In this document: one piece after another, positions 48,594-59,277 of the stretch
How the letters are laid out: each line of letters opens with the position of its first letter
Numbering within the stretch: the stretch's first letter is position 1
NCBI GenBank assembly: GCA_002898395.1
Contig: BEHE01000006.1
Coordinates: 1 to 64,000, forward strand
Source of the DNA: Candidatus Calditenuaceae archaeon HR02
GTDB lineage: Archaea > Thermoproteota > Nitrososphaeria_A > Caldarchaeales > Calditenuaceae
DNA: 64,000 nucleotides
Direction: 5' to 3'
Position numbers and translations under genes: made by a program
The notes under the pieces: model-generated
What the model saw: only the letters and a program-made list of their open reading frames with translations
The model's database searches: none
What the model was told of the DNA's origin: nothing

Positions 48594-49442
48594 ATGGCTA
48601 TTTTCTCTGACTTCCTCTCCCTGACCAAGCCAAAGATTACTCTCCTCAATATAGGCTCGGCGATCTCCTGCTATATTCTAGCGGGTGGCAGCTTCTGGGG
48701 CACAGCCCCTCTCTTCCTCACCGGATATCTCGCGTCGGGTGGATCGAGCATGCTGAACAACTACCTCGACAGAGATATTGACGGCCTGATGAGGAGGACT
48801 GCAAAGAGGCCGCTCCCAAGCGGCCGAGTCCCGGGTGGACTTGTCCTGACTCTAGGCCTCGTGCTCTCCGTGGCGTCGATAGTTTTGGCGTGGGTGCTGT
48901 TTAACCCCCTTACAGCCCTCATGATCGCCGCGGGGATACTTGCATACGTTGTTGTCTATACGATCTTGTTGAAGAGGAGGACGGACTGGAACATAGTGAT
49001 TGGGGGCGCCGCAGGCTCGTTTCCACCCCTCGCAGGCTGGGCCGCCGCCACTAACACGATAGGTCTCGAGGCGCTCTTGATGGCTCTACTGATCTTTCTC
49101 TGGACACCAGGGCACTTCTGGGCGCTGGCCATCAGGGCTGAGAATGACTACAGATCTGCCCGACTCCCAATGCTGCCGGTCACAAAGGGGTTAGACCAAG
49201 CCGTGACGGCGATCGCGGCATCAAACATGATGATGCTTGGCAGCTGGGTCCTACTATCCCTAACAATAAATCCGCCGACGGTCTTCCTACTGGTCACAGC
49301 CCCTCTAACTGTCCTCATAGCCTACTATACCGCAGCCCTAATTAAGAATAGAAGTAGAGATGACTCCTGGAGGCTCTTCAAGGCCACGAGCCCTTGGCTC
49401 CTCATCATACAGCTGGGCCTAATACTGGTCAGAATCGTCTAA
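48594..49442 (+). CDS. ctaB: Protoheme IX farnesyltransferase (heme o synthase)
   Basis: LTKPKI, N..LDRDID.LMRRT..RPLPSG, LKRRT..NIVIGG.AG and WTPGHFWAL motifs. Confidence 0.95.
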   Translation: MAIFSDFLSLTKPKITLLNIGSAISCYILAGGSFWGTAPLFLTGYLASGGSSMLNNYLDRDIDGLMRRTAKRPLPSGRVPGGLVLTLGLVLSVASIVLAWVLFNPLTALMIAAGILAYVVVYTILLKRRTDWNIVIGGAAGSFPPLAGWAAATNTIGLEALLMALLIFLWTPGHFWALAIRAENDYRSARLPMLPVTKGLDQAVTAIAASNMMMLGSWVLLSLTINPPTVFLLVTAPLTVLIAYYTAALIKNRSRDDSWRLFKATSPWLLIIQLGLILVRIV

Positions 49443-49446
49443 TGGG

Positions 49447-52215
49447 TTAACTCTGATATTCGCGCCTCTCTGTGGCCTCGCCAGCCACTTTAGCCGGCTC
49501 AACATGCCTCTTCTCTCCCTCAGCACCACGTTGAGCTGCAGGCTTCAGCTTTAGCTCAACAAGAACCTCGTCTTTTCCATACTTTATCTCAAACCCCATC
49601 TTCTTACAGAGCCTAATCATCTTGATATTTTCCGGGAGCACAATCCCGTATATCGAGTCCAACCCCTTCTCGCGCGCTATCTCGATAACCATGTCTGTCA
49701 ACTTGGTCCCAAGCCCCTTTCCCTGGAAGTCGTCCGCGACGAGGACAGCAAACTCTCCTCTCTTCGCGTCGCGGTCAATTATGAGCCTTCCAACCCCCAC
49801 ATTTCTCTTCTTACCACCCTCATTATACTCTGCTATGATCGCTATCTCCCTGTCATAGTCTATGTTACAGAACCTTACCAGCATCTCATGAGTGATCTCT
49901 CTTATTACTTGAAAGAACCTGAACCTGCTCGACTCCTCTGATAGACCCTTAATCAGCTCATACTCTAGGGGCTCGTCCTCAGGCCTGATGGGGCGGAGCA
50001 GAACCTCCCTCCCATCCCTAAGCCTCCAAGGCCTGACATATTTCGTGGGGTATGGTGTTATGACTAGGTGGCTATACTGTTCACCAGAATCCACGTATTT
50101 ATCGTCGAGAATGATTCTAAAGTCCACGGCATAGATCTGGTCTCCAGAGACTATCAACGGGTTGATCTCAGCCTCCTTAATCTCTGGGAAATCCACAATC
50201 ATGTTAGAGAACCGGACGATCACCTCCTCAAGCTTCTTCAAATCTGCAGGCGGCCTATTCCTTATGCCGCGTACGAGGATCTCGTAGATCTTCGTCTCCT
50301 CCATTAACCGCCTCGCAAGTACCTGGTTGAGTGGGGGGAGGCCTATCGAATAATCCCTCAGAAACTCGGTGGCAGTACCTCCGGCACCGAATAATATGAT
50401 GGCTCCAAAGTCGAGGTCTCTAGCAGATCCTAGGATGAGTTCGTAGTGTGCCGGGTGAACCATTTTCTGGACATAGATTCCCTTGACACGCGCATCAGGC
50501 ATCTTCGACCTAACTGAGTCGATAAGCCTCAGGTATGCTTCCCTGAGCTCGGTCTCAGATGTCACGTTTAGGACGACTCCCTCAATATCGGTCTTATGGG
50601 AGATATCTGGCGAGACGATTTTCAATGCAACGGGATAGCCGAGCCTCGCCGCTATGGCCAGCGCCTCGTTCAAAGAGGATGCCAGCTCACCCTTAGCCCT
50701 CGGAATCCCGTAGGCGTCAAGAAACTTGTCACTCTCATCGATTGTCAATACCGTATTTCCCTCCATGAGCGCCCTCCTGATCAGAATCTTCAGAAAGTTT
50801 TTAGGCGGCGAGGGGTCGATTAGTAGGTCCTCAGGAGTCTCATAAAGTAGCTCTAGGCTGCGCTTATACTTGTACATGTATGTGTAGGTTTTAACAGCTT
50901 CCTCAGGTGTGCTGTAGGTCGGTATATCATTATGATAGAATAGCTCCCTCGCACTATACACCTCCTCCCCACCCATCCACACCGTCAGAACAGGCTTCAC
51001 CCTCCCACCTTCGTCAACTATTTCCACGACTTTCTTCGCGAGTTCGAGAGGCTTTGCAGCGCCCTGCGGAGTATAGATCACTATGATGCCGTTGACGTTG
51101 GGGTCGGAGAGACATGCCCTCAGAGCCACAGAATACCTGTTGATATCCGCGTCACCTAACACGTCTATGGGGTTACCGCGACTCCAGTAAGGTGGTAGGA
51201 TCCTGTCGAGAAGCTCAATCGTTGACTCTGAGAGCTGTGCAAGAGATCCCCCATATTCAATAGCGGCGTCTGCAGCTATCGCTCCTGGGCCCCCAGCGTT
51301 CGTTATTATCGCAAGCCTTGGACCTGCTGGCAAACGCCTAGAATCTAGGACACTGGCGCAGTTGAAAAGATCTTTTATCTCGTCAACTCTCACAGCCCCA
51401 ACTCTACGGAAAGCAGCTCTGTACACGTCGAAGCTCCCAGCCATGACGCCCGTATGGGAGCGTACCGCCTTAGCGCCCGCGGGATATTTCCCAGATTTCA
51501 TGATGATGATGGGCTTGTTTCTAGCGAATCCGCGCGCGGCACTCATGAATTTTTTAGCATCGCCTACACTCTCCATGTATATCAGTATGCTCCGCGTGTA
51601 TGGGTCTTCACCGAGGAAGTCTATCAGGTCGCCGAAGTCGATGTCTATCATCGAGCCCAGCGAGACAAACATGCTGAAGCCGACGTGAGCGCTTATAGCC
51701 CAGTCCAGAATCGCCGAGCCCAAGGCGCCGCTCTGTGAGATGAAGGCTATCTGCCCAGGCTCCGGGTCTTTGAGGAGGAAGGTCGAGTTTAATCCGATTG
51801 GAGGCCTGATAAATCCGAGACAGTTTGGCCCTAGGATTCTAAGACCATATCGATGCCCCAGCCTCTTAATCTCCTCCTCAAGCTTTCTACCCTCCTCGCC
51901 AGTCTCCTTAAAGCCGGCGGAGACTATGACTACACCCTCAACACCCGCCTCCCCACACTCCTCCACAATACCTGGAACAGTCTTGGCGGGCGTCGCAATA
52001 ACTGCCAAGTCCACATGCTCTGGAACAGCGTCTATTGAGTGATAGCACTTGATGCCTAGAACGCTCTCCCTATTCGGATTAACTGCATAAACGCGCCTGT
52101 CAAAGCTGGATTTGAGAAGATTCTGCAGAAGGGCAAGGCCGACGCTACCCTCCCTATCCGTCGCGCCGATCAATGCAACAACGCTGGGGTTAAACATCCT
52201 CTCTAAACTACCCAT
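49447..52215 (-). CDS. Bifunctional ADP-forming acyl-CoA ligase-like/GNAT protein (Pat/PatZ-type lysine acetyltransferase)
   Basis: GPNCLG, SQSGAL, SHTG, TNAGG and NPIDV, ATP-grasp HKTD..GV, then C-terminal GNAT (LRPIRPED, FQGKGLG). Confidence 0.9.
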   Translation of the reverse strand: MGSLERMFNPSVVALIGATDREGSVGLALLQNLLKSSFDRRVYAVNPNRESVLGIKCYHSIDAVPEHVDLAVIATPAKTVPGIVEECGEAGVEGVVIVSAGFKETGEEGRKLEEEIKRLGHRYGLRILGPNCLGFIRPPIGLNSTFLLKDPEPGQIAFISQSGALGSAILDWAISAHVGFSMFVSLGSMIDIDFGDLIDFLGEDPYTRSILIYMESVGDAKKFMSAARGFARNKPIIIMKSGKYPAGAKAVRSHTGVMAGSFDVYRAAFRRVGAVRVDEIKDLFNCASVLDSRRLPAGPRLAIITNAGGPGAIAADAAIEYGGSLAQLSESTIELLDRILPPYWSRGNPIDVLGDADINRYSVALRACLSDPNVNGIIVIYTPQGAAKPLELAKKVVEIVDEGGRVKPVLTVWMGGEEVYSARELFYHNDIPTYSTPEEAVKTYTYMYKYKRSLELLYETPEDLLIDPSPPKNFLKILIRRALMEGNTVLTIDESDKFLDAYGIPRAKGELASSLNEALAIAARLGYPVALKIVSPDISHKTDIEGVVLNVTSETELREAYLRLIDSVRSKMPDARVKGIYVQKMVHPAHYELILGSARDLDFGAIILFGAGGTATEFLRDYSIGLPPLNQVLARRLMEETKIYEILVRGIRNRPPADLKKLEEVIVRFSNMIVDFPEIKEAEINPLIVSGDQIYAVDFRIILDDKYVDSGEQYSHLVITPYPTKYVRPWRLRDGREVLLRPIRPEDEPLEYELIKGLSEESSRFRFFQVIREITHEMLVRFCNIDYDREIAIIAEYNEGGKKRNVGVGRLIIDRDAKRGEFAVLVADDFQGKGLGTKLTDMVIEIAREKGLDSIYGIVLPENIKMIRLCKKMGFEIKYGKDEVLVELKLKPAAQRGAEGEKRHVEPAKVAGEATERREYQS

Positions 52216-52423
52216 CCCCCTCCCACCCCCGACAAGAAAATATCAGCACACGTTTAATATACCTACGCGTATAGATAATATGATTCGCTGTAGCAACATT
52301 ATGGAGACTTATGCAACTAAATAGGCACCAGCTGCACCACAAGTCCCCACGCTGCGGGATTGGTTTAAGTTGAAGGTTGTTGATTCGAGACCCACAGAGT
52401 TACTCAGTCCTACCCTCTGCCTC

Positions 52424-52553
52424 CTATCTTCTTGATGTGTTTCTTTGTTTTGTGTTGCATCTGGTCTGTTCTGTGTTTATGTATTGTTGGTGTTTTGAAT
52501 AGTATTTAAGGCCCCAACCATATGCACCGCTACCAGCTGCGTGGTGGTATCTA
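52424..52553. repeat. ~130-bp dispersed non-coding repeat, copy 2
   Basis: Homologous to 6009-6139. Runs into inverted repeat ATGCACCGCT...AGCGGTGCAT (52522-52572). Confidence 0.85.
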
Positions 52554-52601
52554 GGCGGCCCAAGCGGTGCATAAGTGTCCGGGAAAGGGGGTGGATGGGG
52601 T

Positions 52602-52709
52602 TTGAAGAGGGTCTGCCTCCCATATCCTGTTAAGTTGAGGATATATCAAAGGGTGCTAGAGCTAAGAGGAGAGGGTCTAAGCTATGGAATGATTCAGAAG
52701 AAGATTTAA
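52602..52709 (+). pseudogene. N-terminal HTH remnant of an archaeal free-standing LAGLIDADG-type gene (internally deleted)
   Basis: MKRVCLPYPVKLRIYQRVLELRGEGLSYGMIQKKI*, followed by a pyrimidine-rich tract ending cataat that resembles 470-500. Confidence 0.55.
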
Positions 52710-52747
52710 CCCCTTTATTCCCTCATGCTTATCATAATAACTTTCAA

Positions 52748-52841
52748 TGCTCCGGCCGGGATTTGAACCCGGGTCTCCGGCTCTCTCCGCTTTTTTAGGC
52801 CCGAAAGGCCGGCATACTTGTCCGGGCTATACTACCGGAGC
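52748..52841 (-). tRNA. tRNA-Glu(TTC) with 19-nt intron at 37/38 (52783-52801)
   Basis: GCTCCGG acceptor, CCGGC-CTTTCG/A-GCCGG anticodon arm, GGTTCAAATCC T-arm. BHB helix CTTT/GGAG. Confidence 0.95.
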
Positions 52842-52923
52842 TCTACTGGCGTTAGAAGAGTGGGTGGTGTTTAATAGAGTTATATCTGTGGAGAAAAATG
52901 ATATGGTTTGGAGGATTTGAGGC

Positions 52924-54549
52924 TTAGTCGAATTCAGGCGTCTCTGACTCTTTCTTTCCTTTCTCTTCCTTCTTCTTGGAGGCTGCGACTACGTCGTCTA
53001 TTCTTAGGATCATTGCGGCTGCCTCGAAGCTGGACTTTAACGCCTGGGCCTTGACCTTGTAAGGCTCAATCACTCCGAGGCTTATCATGTCGTCGACCTT
53101 CCCGCTGAACACGTTGATTCCATACCTGTAGCCCGCGTCTACATGCTTGCTTCTCAGCGAGGACATTATGTCCACGGGGTCCAGGCCAGCGTTCTCGGCC
53201 AGCGTCTTGGGTATCGTCTCCAAGGCATCCGCGAAGGCCATCATGGCAAGCTGCTCCTTTCCAGAATACTTAGAGGCGTTCTCCCGGATGTACTGCGCGA
53301 GCTCCGTCTCGACAGCTCCCCCTCCAGGGACAAACCTGCTGTCGTCCACGATCGTTATCATGTTCATTAGGGCGTCGTTTAGTGACCGCTCGGCCTCGTC
53401 CAGCTGGCGTTCAAGCCCAGCCCTCAGGAGTATCGAGACCGCTTTCGGGTTCTTGCACCCCTCCACGAAGACCATCCTGTCCTCGCCTATCTTCCTCTCC
53501 TCAACGAGAGCCGCCTCCCCTAAGTCCTTCGGCGAGAGGTCCTCGAAGTTCGTCACGATCCTCCCGCCAGTAGCCTTCTCGAGCTTCTCCATGTCGCTCC
53601 TCTTAACCCGCCTTACAGCTAGAATCCCAGCCTTGGCTAGGAAGAACTGGGCAGCGTCATCGATACCCTTCTGGCAGAAGACGACGTTAGCGCCAACCTG
53701 GGCGACCTTGTCAACCATCTCTTTCAGAATCCTGGCCTCCTCGTCGAGGAACTCCTTGATCTTGAGTGGATCCCTGATCCTGATCTCTGCGGAGAACTCT
53801 GTCTTCTCTATCTCGAAGGGCGCGTCGATTATCGCTATCTTGGCGTTGGTAACGCGCTTGGGCATGCCTGGGTGGACCACTTCTTTGTCGATGACTACGC
53901 CCTTTATGAGCTGGGACTCGATAATGCTCTTACCCATCTTCTTCACGATCTGTATGTCGTCCTTGTCTGCCCTGCGCTTGCCATCATACTCCTTGACGAC
54001 GCTCAGGACAGCATCTATAGCTAGATTAGCTATGTGGTCTGTGCCGAAGCCCAGCGACTTGCTCCCAAGACTTGTTCGGACTATCTTGCCAAGGGTCTCC
54101 TTGTCTGTCAGCTTGACTTCTGTAGCTATCTCGCCAAGCCTCTTAAGGGCTAGGTCGAGTGCCTTCTTGTAGCCGGTGATGATTGTGCTGGGGTGGATCT
54201 TCTGCTCTATAAGCTCCTCGGCCTTCGCGAGCAGCTCTCCTGCTATTAGGACGGCGCTCGTGGTCCCGTCGCCTACAGACTTGTCCTGGGTCTTCGCAAC
54301 CTCGATAATCATCTTCGCGGCCGGATGCTCCACGTCCATCTTCTCTAGGATTGTTGCGCCGTCGTTTGTGACTATGACGTCGCCGATTGTATCGACTAGT
54401 ATCTTGTCCATTCCCTTAGGGCCTAGTGTAGTCTTCACCATCTCAGCGATTATTCTGGCTGCTGTTATGTTGTTTCTCTGGGCTGATCTACCCCTCGTCC
54501 TCGATGTACCCTCCTTAAGGATTAGAACTGGCTGACCGGCAAGAGCCAT
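52924..54549 (-). CDS. ths: Thermosome (group II chaperonin) subunit
   Basis: [30 protein letters not shown] and ILRIDD motifs. Confidence 0.98.
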   Translation of the reverse strand: MALAGQPVLILKEGTSRTRGRSAQRNNITAARIIAEMVKTTLGPKGMDKILVDTIGDVIVTNDGATILEKMDVEHPAAKMIIEVAKTQDKSVGDGTTSAVLIAGELLAKAEELIEQKIHPSTIITGYKKALDLALKRLGEIATEVKLTDKETLGKIVRTSLGSKSLGFGTDHIANLAIDAVLSVVKEYDGKRRADKDDIQIVKKMGKSIIESQLIKGVVIDKEVVHPGMPKRVTNAKIAIIDAPFEIEKTEFSAEIRIRDPLKIKEFLDEEARILKEMVDKVAQVGANVVFCQKGIDDAAQFFLAKAGILAVRRVKRSDMEKLEKATGGRIVTNFEDLSPKDLGEAALVEERKIGEDRMVFVEGCKNPKAVSILLRAGLERQLDEAERSLNDALMNMITIVDDSRFVPGGGAVETELAQYIRENASKYSGKEQLAMMAFADALETIPKTLAENAGLDPVDIMSSLRSKHVDAGYRYGINVFSGKVDDMISLGVIEPYKVKAQALKSSFEAAAMILRIDDVVAASKKKEEKGKKESETPEFD

Positions 54550-54683
54550 AGCTAATACACCATGCCCTAATGTTTAGACCCAAAATTTAAATCTAAACCT
54601 CTTTCGAGGATTTAATAACCATAGGTCGCAGAAAGTAAAGAGTAAAGACTTAACACTTGCTATTTTCCAGCAATTCTTTGGAT

Positions 54684-55532
54684 ATGGTGCTGCTGGGTGC
54701 TCATGTCTCTATTTCTGGCTCTATAGCGCTCTCGGTGGATAGGGCAAGGGAGCTGGGCTGCACAACCTTCCAGATATTCACTAGGAATCCGCGCGGATGG
54801 ATTTCTAAGAAGTTGAAGGATGAGGAGGTTGAGGAGTTTGTGCGGAGGAGGAGGGAGGCTGGGTACGAGGTGGTGGTTGCGCACATGCCATATCTACCCA
54901 ACGTAGCTAGCCCGGAGGCCCTGAGCTGGAGGCGCTCTGTGAAGAGCCTAGCCGAGGAGCTTCAGAGGTGTGAAATGCTGGGGCTAGACTACCTCGTATG
55001 CCATATTGGGAGCCATATGGGTAAGGGCATTGAGAGAGGGATTGCGCAGGTCGCCAGGGCCGTCAACGAGACGATATCCAGAGTAGAGGCGAAGTGCATG
55101 ATTCTCCTGGAGAATATGGCGGGTCAGAAGAATAGTGTTGGGTCCTATTTCCCACAGATAAGAGCTATTCTTGACAAGGTCGACGACCAGAAACGGGTGG
55201 GTGTATGTCTCGACACCTGCCACCTCTACGCCGCAGGCTATGACATATCGGTGAAGGAGGGGCTTGAGAAGACGCTTTCAGAGTTTGATGAGAGTGTGGG
55301 GCTCAAGGCTCTTAAGGTTTTACACCTCAACGATTCGCGGGGGAAGCTTGGAAGCCATCTGGACAGGCACGAGCACATTGGCCGGGGGTATATCGGCGAG
55401 GAGGGGTTTCGCGTCATCGTCAACCACAAGAGTCTGAGGGGCTTGCCCATGATCCTAGAGACTCCTCAGGACGAGTATGGCGGCTATGAGGTGGACTTGG
55501 AGGTGGTTAGGAGGCTGCTACACGATGCCTAG
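54684..55532 (+). CDS. nfo: Endonuclease IV (AP endonuclease)
   Basis: LGAHVSI, QIFTRNPR, HMPY, LENMAG, CLDTCH, HLNDS, DRHEHIG and ILETP motifs. Confidence 0.95.
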   Translation: MVLLGAHVSISGSIALSVDRARELGCTTFQIFTRNPRGWISKKLKDEEVEEFVRRRREAGYEVVVAHMPYLPNVASPEALSWRRSVKSLAEELQRCEMLGLDYLVCHIGSHMGKGIERGIAQVARAVNETISRVEAKCMILLENMAGQKNSVGSYFPQIRAILDKVDDQKRVGVCLDTCHLYAAGYDISVKEGLEKTLSEFDESVGLKALKVLHLNDSRGKLGSHLDRHEHIGRGYIGEEGFRVIVNHKSLRGLPMILETPQDEYGGYEVDLEVVRRLLHDA

Positions 55533-56064
55533 CGGGCTGCTCCGGATAGTATACGCGGTTATTAGGATAGGGACCTCTAAGCTCGCCCTGAAGTTTGTCC
55601 TGGTGGGTTTTGCATGTCTCGCACTGGCTGAGGCTATTCTCTACCTGCTCGTGGATGTTTGGGGGGTTAACTCGCTCGTTGCTGGTGCGGCCTCTATAGA
55701 GATCTCCGTGGTCGCCAACTTCATAATTAATGACTTGTGGACCTTTAGGGAGAATAGGTCCTCGGACGGGTTCTTAGTGAGGATGCTTAAATTCCATGTG
55801 ACGCGTGTTGCAAGCATTGCGGTGAACTTTGGTACTTACAGCATGTTGGTGGTTTTGCTGAGTATCAACCACTTGGTCGCCTACTTTGTAGCGACTTTCG
55901 TGGCATTCTCCATCAACTTTCTGACAAGCGTTGTCTGGGTCTGGCGCGGCACGCTAGATAGCTATGCGGGGACGGCTCAGGGGAAGGCCGCCTTCTCAAC
56001 CTGCAGCAAGTCAGACTCGCTGAACCCGAGGGCCTTGAGACCGCGGAGCATGAGGGAAAGGTAG
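55525..56064 (+). CDS. GtrA-family membrane protein
   Basis: KFVLVG, NFIINDLWTF and NFLTSVVWVW motifs. Four TM helices. Confidence 0.85.
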   Translation: MPSGLLRIVYAVIRIGTSKLALKFVLVGFACLALAEAILYLLVDVWGVNSLVAGAASIEISVVANFIINDLWTFRENRSSDGFLVRMLKFHVTRVASIAVNFGTYSMLVVLLSINHLVAYFVATFVAFSINFLTSVVWVWRGTLDSYAGTAQGKAAFSTCSKSDSLNPRALRPRSMRER

Positions 56065-56420
56065 GCCCGGGAGGGGGCCACATGTCTTCTTGGATTTGCT
56101 GAGATGTAGGTATATGCCTCCTCAGCCCCCGTGTCTGTCTTGGCGACGATCTTTATGCGGCTCCTGATGTTGGGGGCTCCCTGATACCTGTCGAGAATCG
56201 GGAAGTCTTCACTCTCTATCGTGTAGAGGGCGCCCAGGACTTGGCTGTTGCTGGACTCCTCTATCCCCGCAATCCCGCCCCTCCAGGACGCCGAGTAAGT
56301 GTCGAATGTGAGCCTATATCCCTCCAGCCTCGCCTTCCTGGGCCCCTGCCACCTGGCCAGTATCCTCCTCATCACCTCGGGGTTTAGTGTGACGTCGTAG
56401 GCGAAGTAGTTGACCATCAT
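55977..56420 (-). CDS. Gamma-glutamylcyclotransferase family protein
   Basis: YFAY..., L.GYRLTF, V.GALY, LDRYQG and PS.AYL motifs. Confidence 0.8.
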   Translation of the reverse strand: MMVNYFAYDVTLNPEVMRRILARWQGPRKARLEGYRLTFDTYSASWRGGIAGIEESSNSQVLGALYTIESEDFPILDRYQGAPNIRSRIKIVAKTDTGAEEAYTYISANPRRHVAPSRAYLSLMLRGLKALGFSESDLLQVEKAAFP

Positions 56421-56477
56421 GTATATTCCCTGGTCTTAGAGTAGTGCAGGGTTTTATTTGAGGAGTTTCCACACAGG

Positions 56478-57419
56478 ATGTTTGGCGTGGCTGTAAGGGT
56501 TTTCGCGCCTGCGAGGCTCCACATGGGGTTCGCCTCGACGGGGTGGCTTATGGCTTCGTGGTCGGGGATAGGCCTAGCCTTGATGGAGCCGGCGACAGTT
56601 GTTGAGGCAGTGCTGGAGGAGGGTTTAGGTGTCAGAGTGTATGGGCCGAGGAGTGTTGAGGCTGAGGAGGTGGCCAAGCTAGTTGCCGAAAGGACTGGGC
56701 TGCGGAGAGGCGTACGTTTGAGGGTGTTTAAGGCACCTCCCAGCCATGTAGGGCTGGGCTCTGGGACGCAGCTCTACCTCTCAATACTCGAGGCTGTCTC
56801 GAGGCTGGCTGGTGTTGAGCCGCCTCTAGAGATTCTCGTGGAGGCTGGGTTGGTCGGCTCCTTCTCGTGGGTTGGCGTGGCGGCCTTCAGGACTGGAGGA
56901 TTCATCCTCGACCTTGGCGCGGCCCCCTCGAAGGCGAGGCGATACATCTCACTCAGGTTTCCAGAGGACTGGTTTGTGGTCCATGCGAGGCCGCCCGGCA
57001 GGCAGGGTCACCCGAGGAGTGGCGAGGCGGAGAAGCTCAGGGCTCTGTCATATAGCAGGGAGGCTGAGCAACGGCTCGTCGAGCTCCTCATGAAAAAAAT
57101 ACTCCCCGGAGTCTTGGACCATGACTTGGAACTCTTCGGGCGAGGCCTCTCCGAGTATCAGAGGCTTATAGGAGCCGCCTTCAGCACATACCAGCAGGGA
57201 ATCTTCAACCCTTACTCTGTACCCATTGTCTCAGCCATGGAGGAGGCGGGGCTTCTCGGGGTTGGCCAGTCCAGCTGGGGACCAACGGTCTACGGGTTCA
57301 CGGAGTCGCGCAGAGGGGCTGAGGAGGTGGCACAGCTCCTCACCCAGGAGAAGGGGTGGACCGTAACAGTCACCGTGGCCAACAATACCGGAGCTAGGAT
57401 CGTAGAGAGTTCCGCCTAG
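56478..57419 (+). CDS. mptG: Beta-ribofuranosylaminobenzene 5'-phosphate synthase family (GHMP fold)
   Basis: PARLHMG, HVGLGSGTQ, G..AF..GGFILD and GQSSWGPT.Y motifs. Confidence 0.85.
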   Translation: MFGVAVRVFAPARLHMGFASTGWLMASWSGIGLALMEPATVVEAVLEEGLGVRVYGPRSVEAEEVAKLVAERTGLRRGVRLRVFKAPPSHVGLGSGTQLYLSILEAVSRLAGVEPPLEILVEAGLVGSFSWVGVAAFRTGGFILDLGAAPSKARRYISLRFPEDWFVVHARPPGRQGHPRSGEAEKLRALSYSREAEQRLVELLMKKILPGVLDHDLELFGRGLSEYQRLIGAAFSTYQQGIFNPYSVPIVSAMEEAGLLGVGQSSWGPTVYGFTESRRGAEEVAQLLTQEKGWTVTVTVANNTGARIVESSA

Positions 57420-57501
57420 AGACGGGGATAATCCCACGCTAGCCGCCACGGGCAATAGGCTTTAAACCACACCTGCGCTTTTAGAGGCGGGGAGGAGGGG
57501 T

Positions 57502-59277
57502 TTGGACTTCTCGCGCCTGGTCAGCTTCTACGAGAGGCTCGAGTCCACGACTAAGCGGCTCGAGATGCGGGACATTCTCGTGGAGCTTTTCAGGGAGTGT
57601 GAGCCGGACGAGGCTGGGAAGATAGCCTATCTCACGCTCGGCGAGCTCTACCCTGCCCACGTGGGGATCGAGCTCGGAATGGCTGAGAAGCTGGCCATAA
57701 GGGCGCTGAGGCTCGTGACTGGCGTGGATGAGCAGAGGATTGAGGAGATGCTTAGGAAGACTGGAGACCTTGGGCTGGTAGCGGAGCAGCTGCTATCTTC
57801 GAAGAGGGCGCAGACCACGCTTAGCCTTGAAGAATTGACGGTGGAGAGGGTCTACAGCCAGCTCGAGAAGATAGCCCGGTTCTCGGGGGAGGGCGCGATG
57901 GAGATGAAGGTCAAGGCTCTCTCTGGGCTCCTGGCACAGGCCTCGCCGAAGGAGGCCAAATACCTCATCAGGCTGGTGACGGGGAAGATGAGGCTAGGCG
58001 TCGCCGACATGACGATCATAGACGCACTCGCATCGATGAGCGGTGGAGGGAAGGAGGAGATCGAGCGCGCCTACAACCTCTGCTCGGATATAGGGCTGGT
58101 GGCCTCTAAGGTAAAGGCTGAAGGCGTTAAGGGCGCAAGCAGCATCGGCATGAGGCTCGGCGTCCCCGTGCGGCCCATGCTGGCTGAGAGGCTCACATCC
58201 GCTGAAGAGATTTTAGAGAAGCTCGGCAACAATGGCTATGCAGAATACAAATACGACGGGGAGAGGATGCAGATACACAAGTTCGACTCGGAGATAGTCA
58301 TCTTCTCCAGGAGGCAGGAGAACATTACCTCGCAGTTTCCGGACGTGGTGGAGATGTGTAAACGCGGAATCAAGGCGCGCACAGCGATCGTGGAGTGCGA
58401 GGCGGTTGCCTACGACCCAGACACGGGAGACATGCTACCATTCCAAGAGCTGATGCATAGGAGGAGGAAGTATGACATCGAGAAGGCGGCCCAACTCTAC
58501 CCAGTCAGCCTCTTCTTCTTCGACGCCCTCTACATCGACGGCGAGCCACTCATCGACCTGCCACTCCTAGAGCGGAGGGAGAGGCTAGCCAGAATACTGG
58601 AGACCTCAGACAACTTCATGCTCACAGAGGGCATCATGGTCTCAGACCCTGAGACGCTTGACAAGTTCATGCTGAGGGCTGTGGAGGCTGGGTGCGAGGG
58701 CGTCATGGTCAAGGACGTCTCCCCCAAATCGATCTACAGGGCCGGAGCGAGGGGCTGGCTCTGGATAAAATACAAGCGTAGCTATGTCTCGAAGCTCACA
58801 GACACGCTGGACCTGGTCGTGGTCGGAGCCTTCTACGGTAAGGGGAAGAGGAGCGGACGGATAGGAACGCTTCTGATGGCGGCCTACGATGACGAGGCTG
58901 ACGTCTTCAAGACCGTCTGCAAGGTCGGGACAGGGTTCAAGGACGAAGACCTGGAACACCTTACAAAGACCCTTACTCCTATGGCCCTGAGCCAGAAGCC
59001 GGCTCGAGTAGAGTCTATAATGGAGCCTGACATATGGGTGAGGCCCGAGATGGTGCTTGAGATTGTGGGGGACGAGATAACCCTCAGCCCAATCCACACA
59101 TGCGGCTGGGGTGTACTGGCGAAGGATGCGGGCCTCGCAGTAAGGTTCCCCAGGTTCACCGGGAGGTATAGGGAGGACAAGTCTCCGGAGGACGCGACGA
59201 CCGTGAAGGAGATAATAGAGATGTATAAGTCCCAGCTAAAGACTATAGTTAGTGGAGAGGAGAGTGAGCCCACCTGA
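57502..59277 (+). CDS. lig: ATP-dependent DNA ligase
   Basis: EYKYDGER, EGVMVK, WIKYK, DLVVVGA and RFPRF..YREDK motifs. Confidence 0.98.
   Translation: MDFSRLVSFYERLESTTKRLEMRDILVELFRECEPDEAGKIAYLTLGELYPAHVGIELGMAEKLAIRALRLVTGVDEQRIEEMLRKTGDLGLVAEQLLSSKRAQTTLSLEELTVERVYSQLEKIARFSGEGAMEMKVKALSGLLAQASPKEAKYLIRLVTGKMRLGVADMTIIDALASMSGGGKEEIERAYNLCSDIGLVASKVKAEGVKGASSIGMRLGVPVRPMLAERLTSAEEILEKLGNNGYAEYKYDGERMQIHKFDSEIVIFSRRQENITSQFPDVVEMCKRGIKARTAIVECEAVAYDPDTGDMLPFQELMHRRRKYDIEKAAQLYPVSLFFFDALYIDGEPLIDLPLLERRERLARILETSDNFMLTEGIMVSDPETLDKFMLRAVEAGCEGVMVKDVSPKSIYRAGARGWLWIKYKRSYVSKLTDTLDLVVVGAFYGKGKRSGRIGTLLMAAYDDEADVFKTVCKVGTGFKDEDLEHLTKTLTPMALSQKPARVESIMEPDIWVRPEMVLEIVGDEITLSPIHTCGWGVLAKDAGLAVRFPRFTGRYREDKSPEDATTVKEIIEMYKSQLKTIVSGEESEPT

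Noticed and set aside
53147-54535. Long + strand ORFs (341 and 119 aa)
   Set aside because: Antisense shadows of the thermosome gene caused by codon bias.
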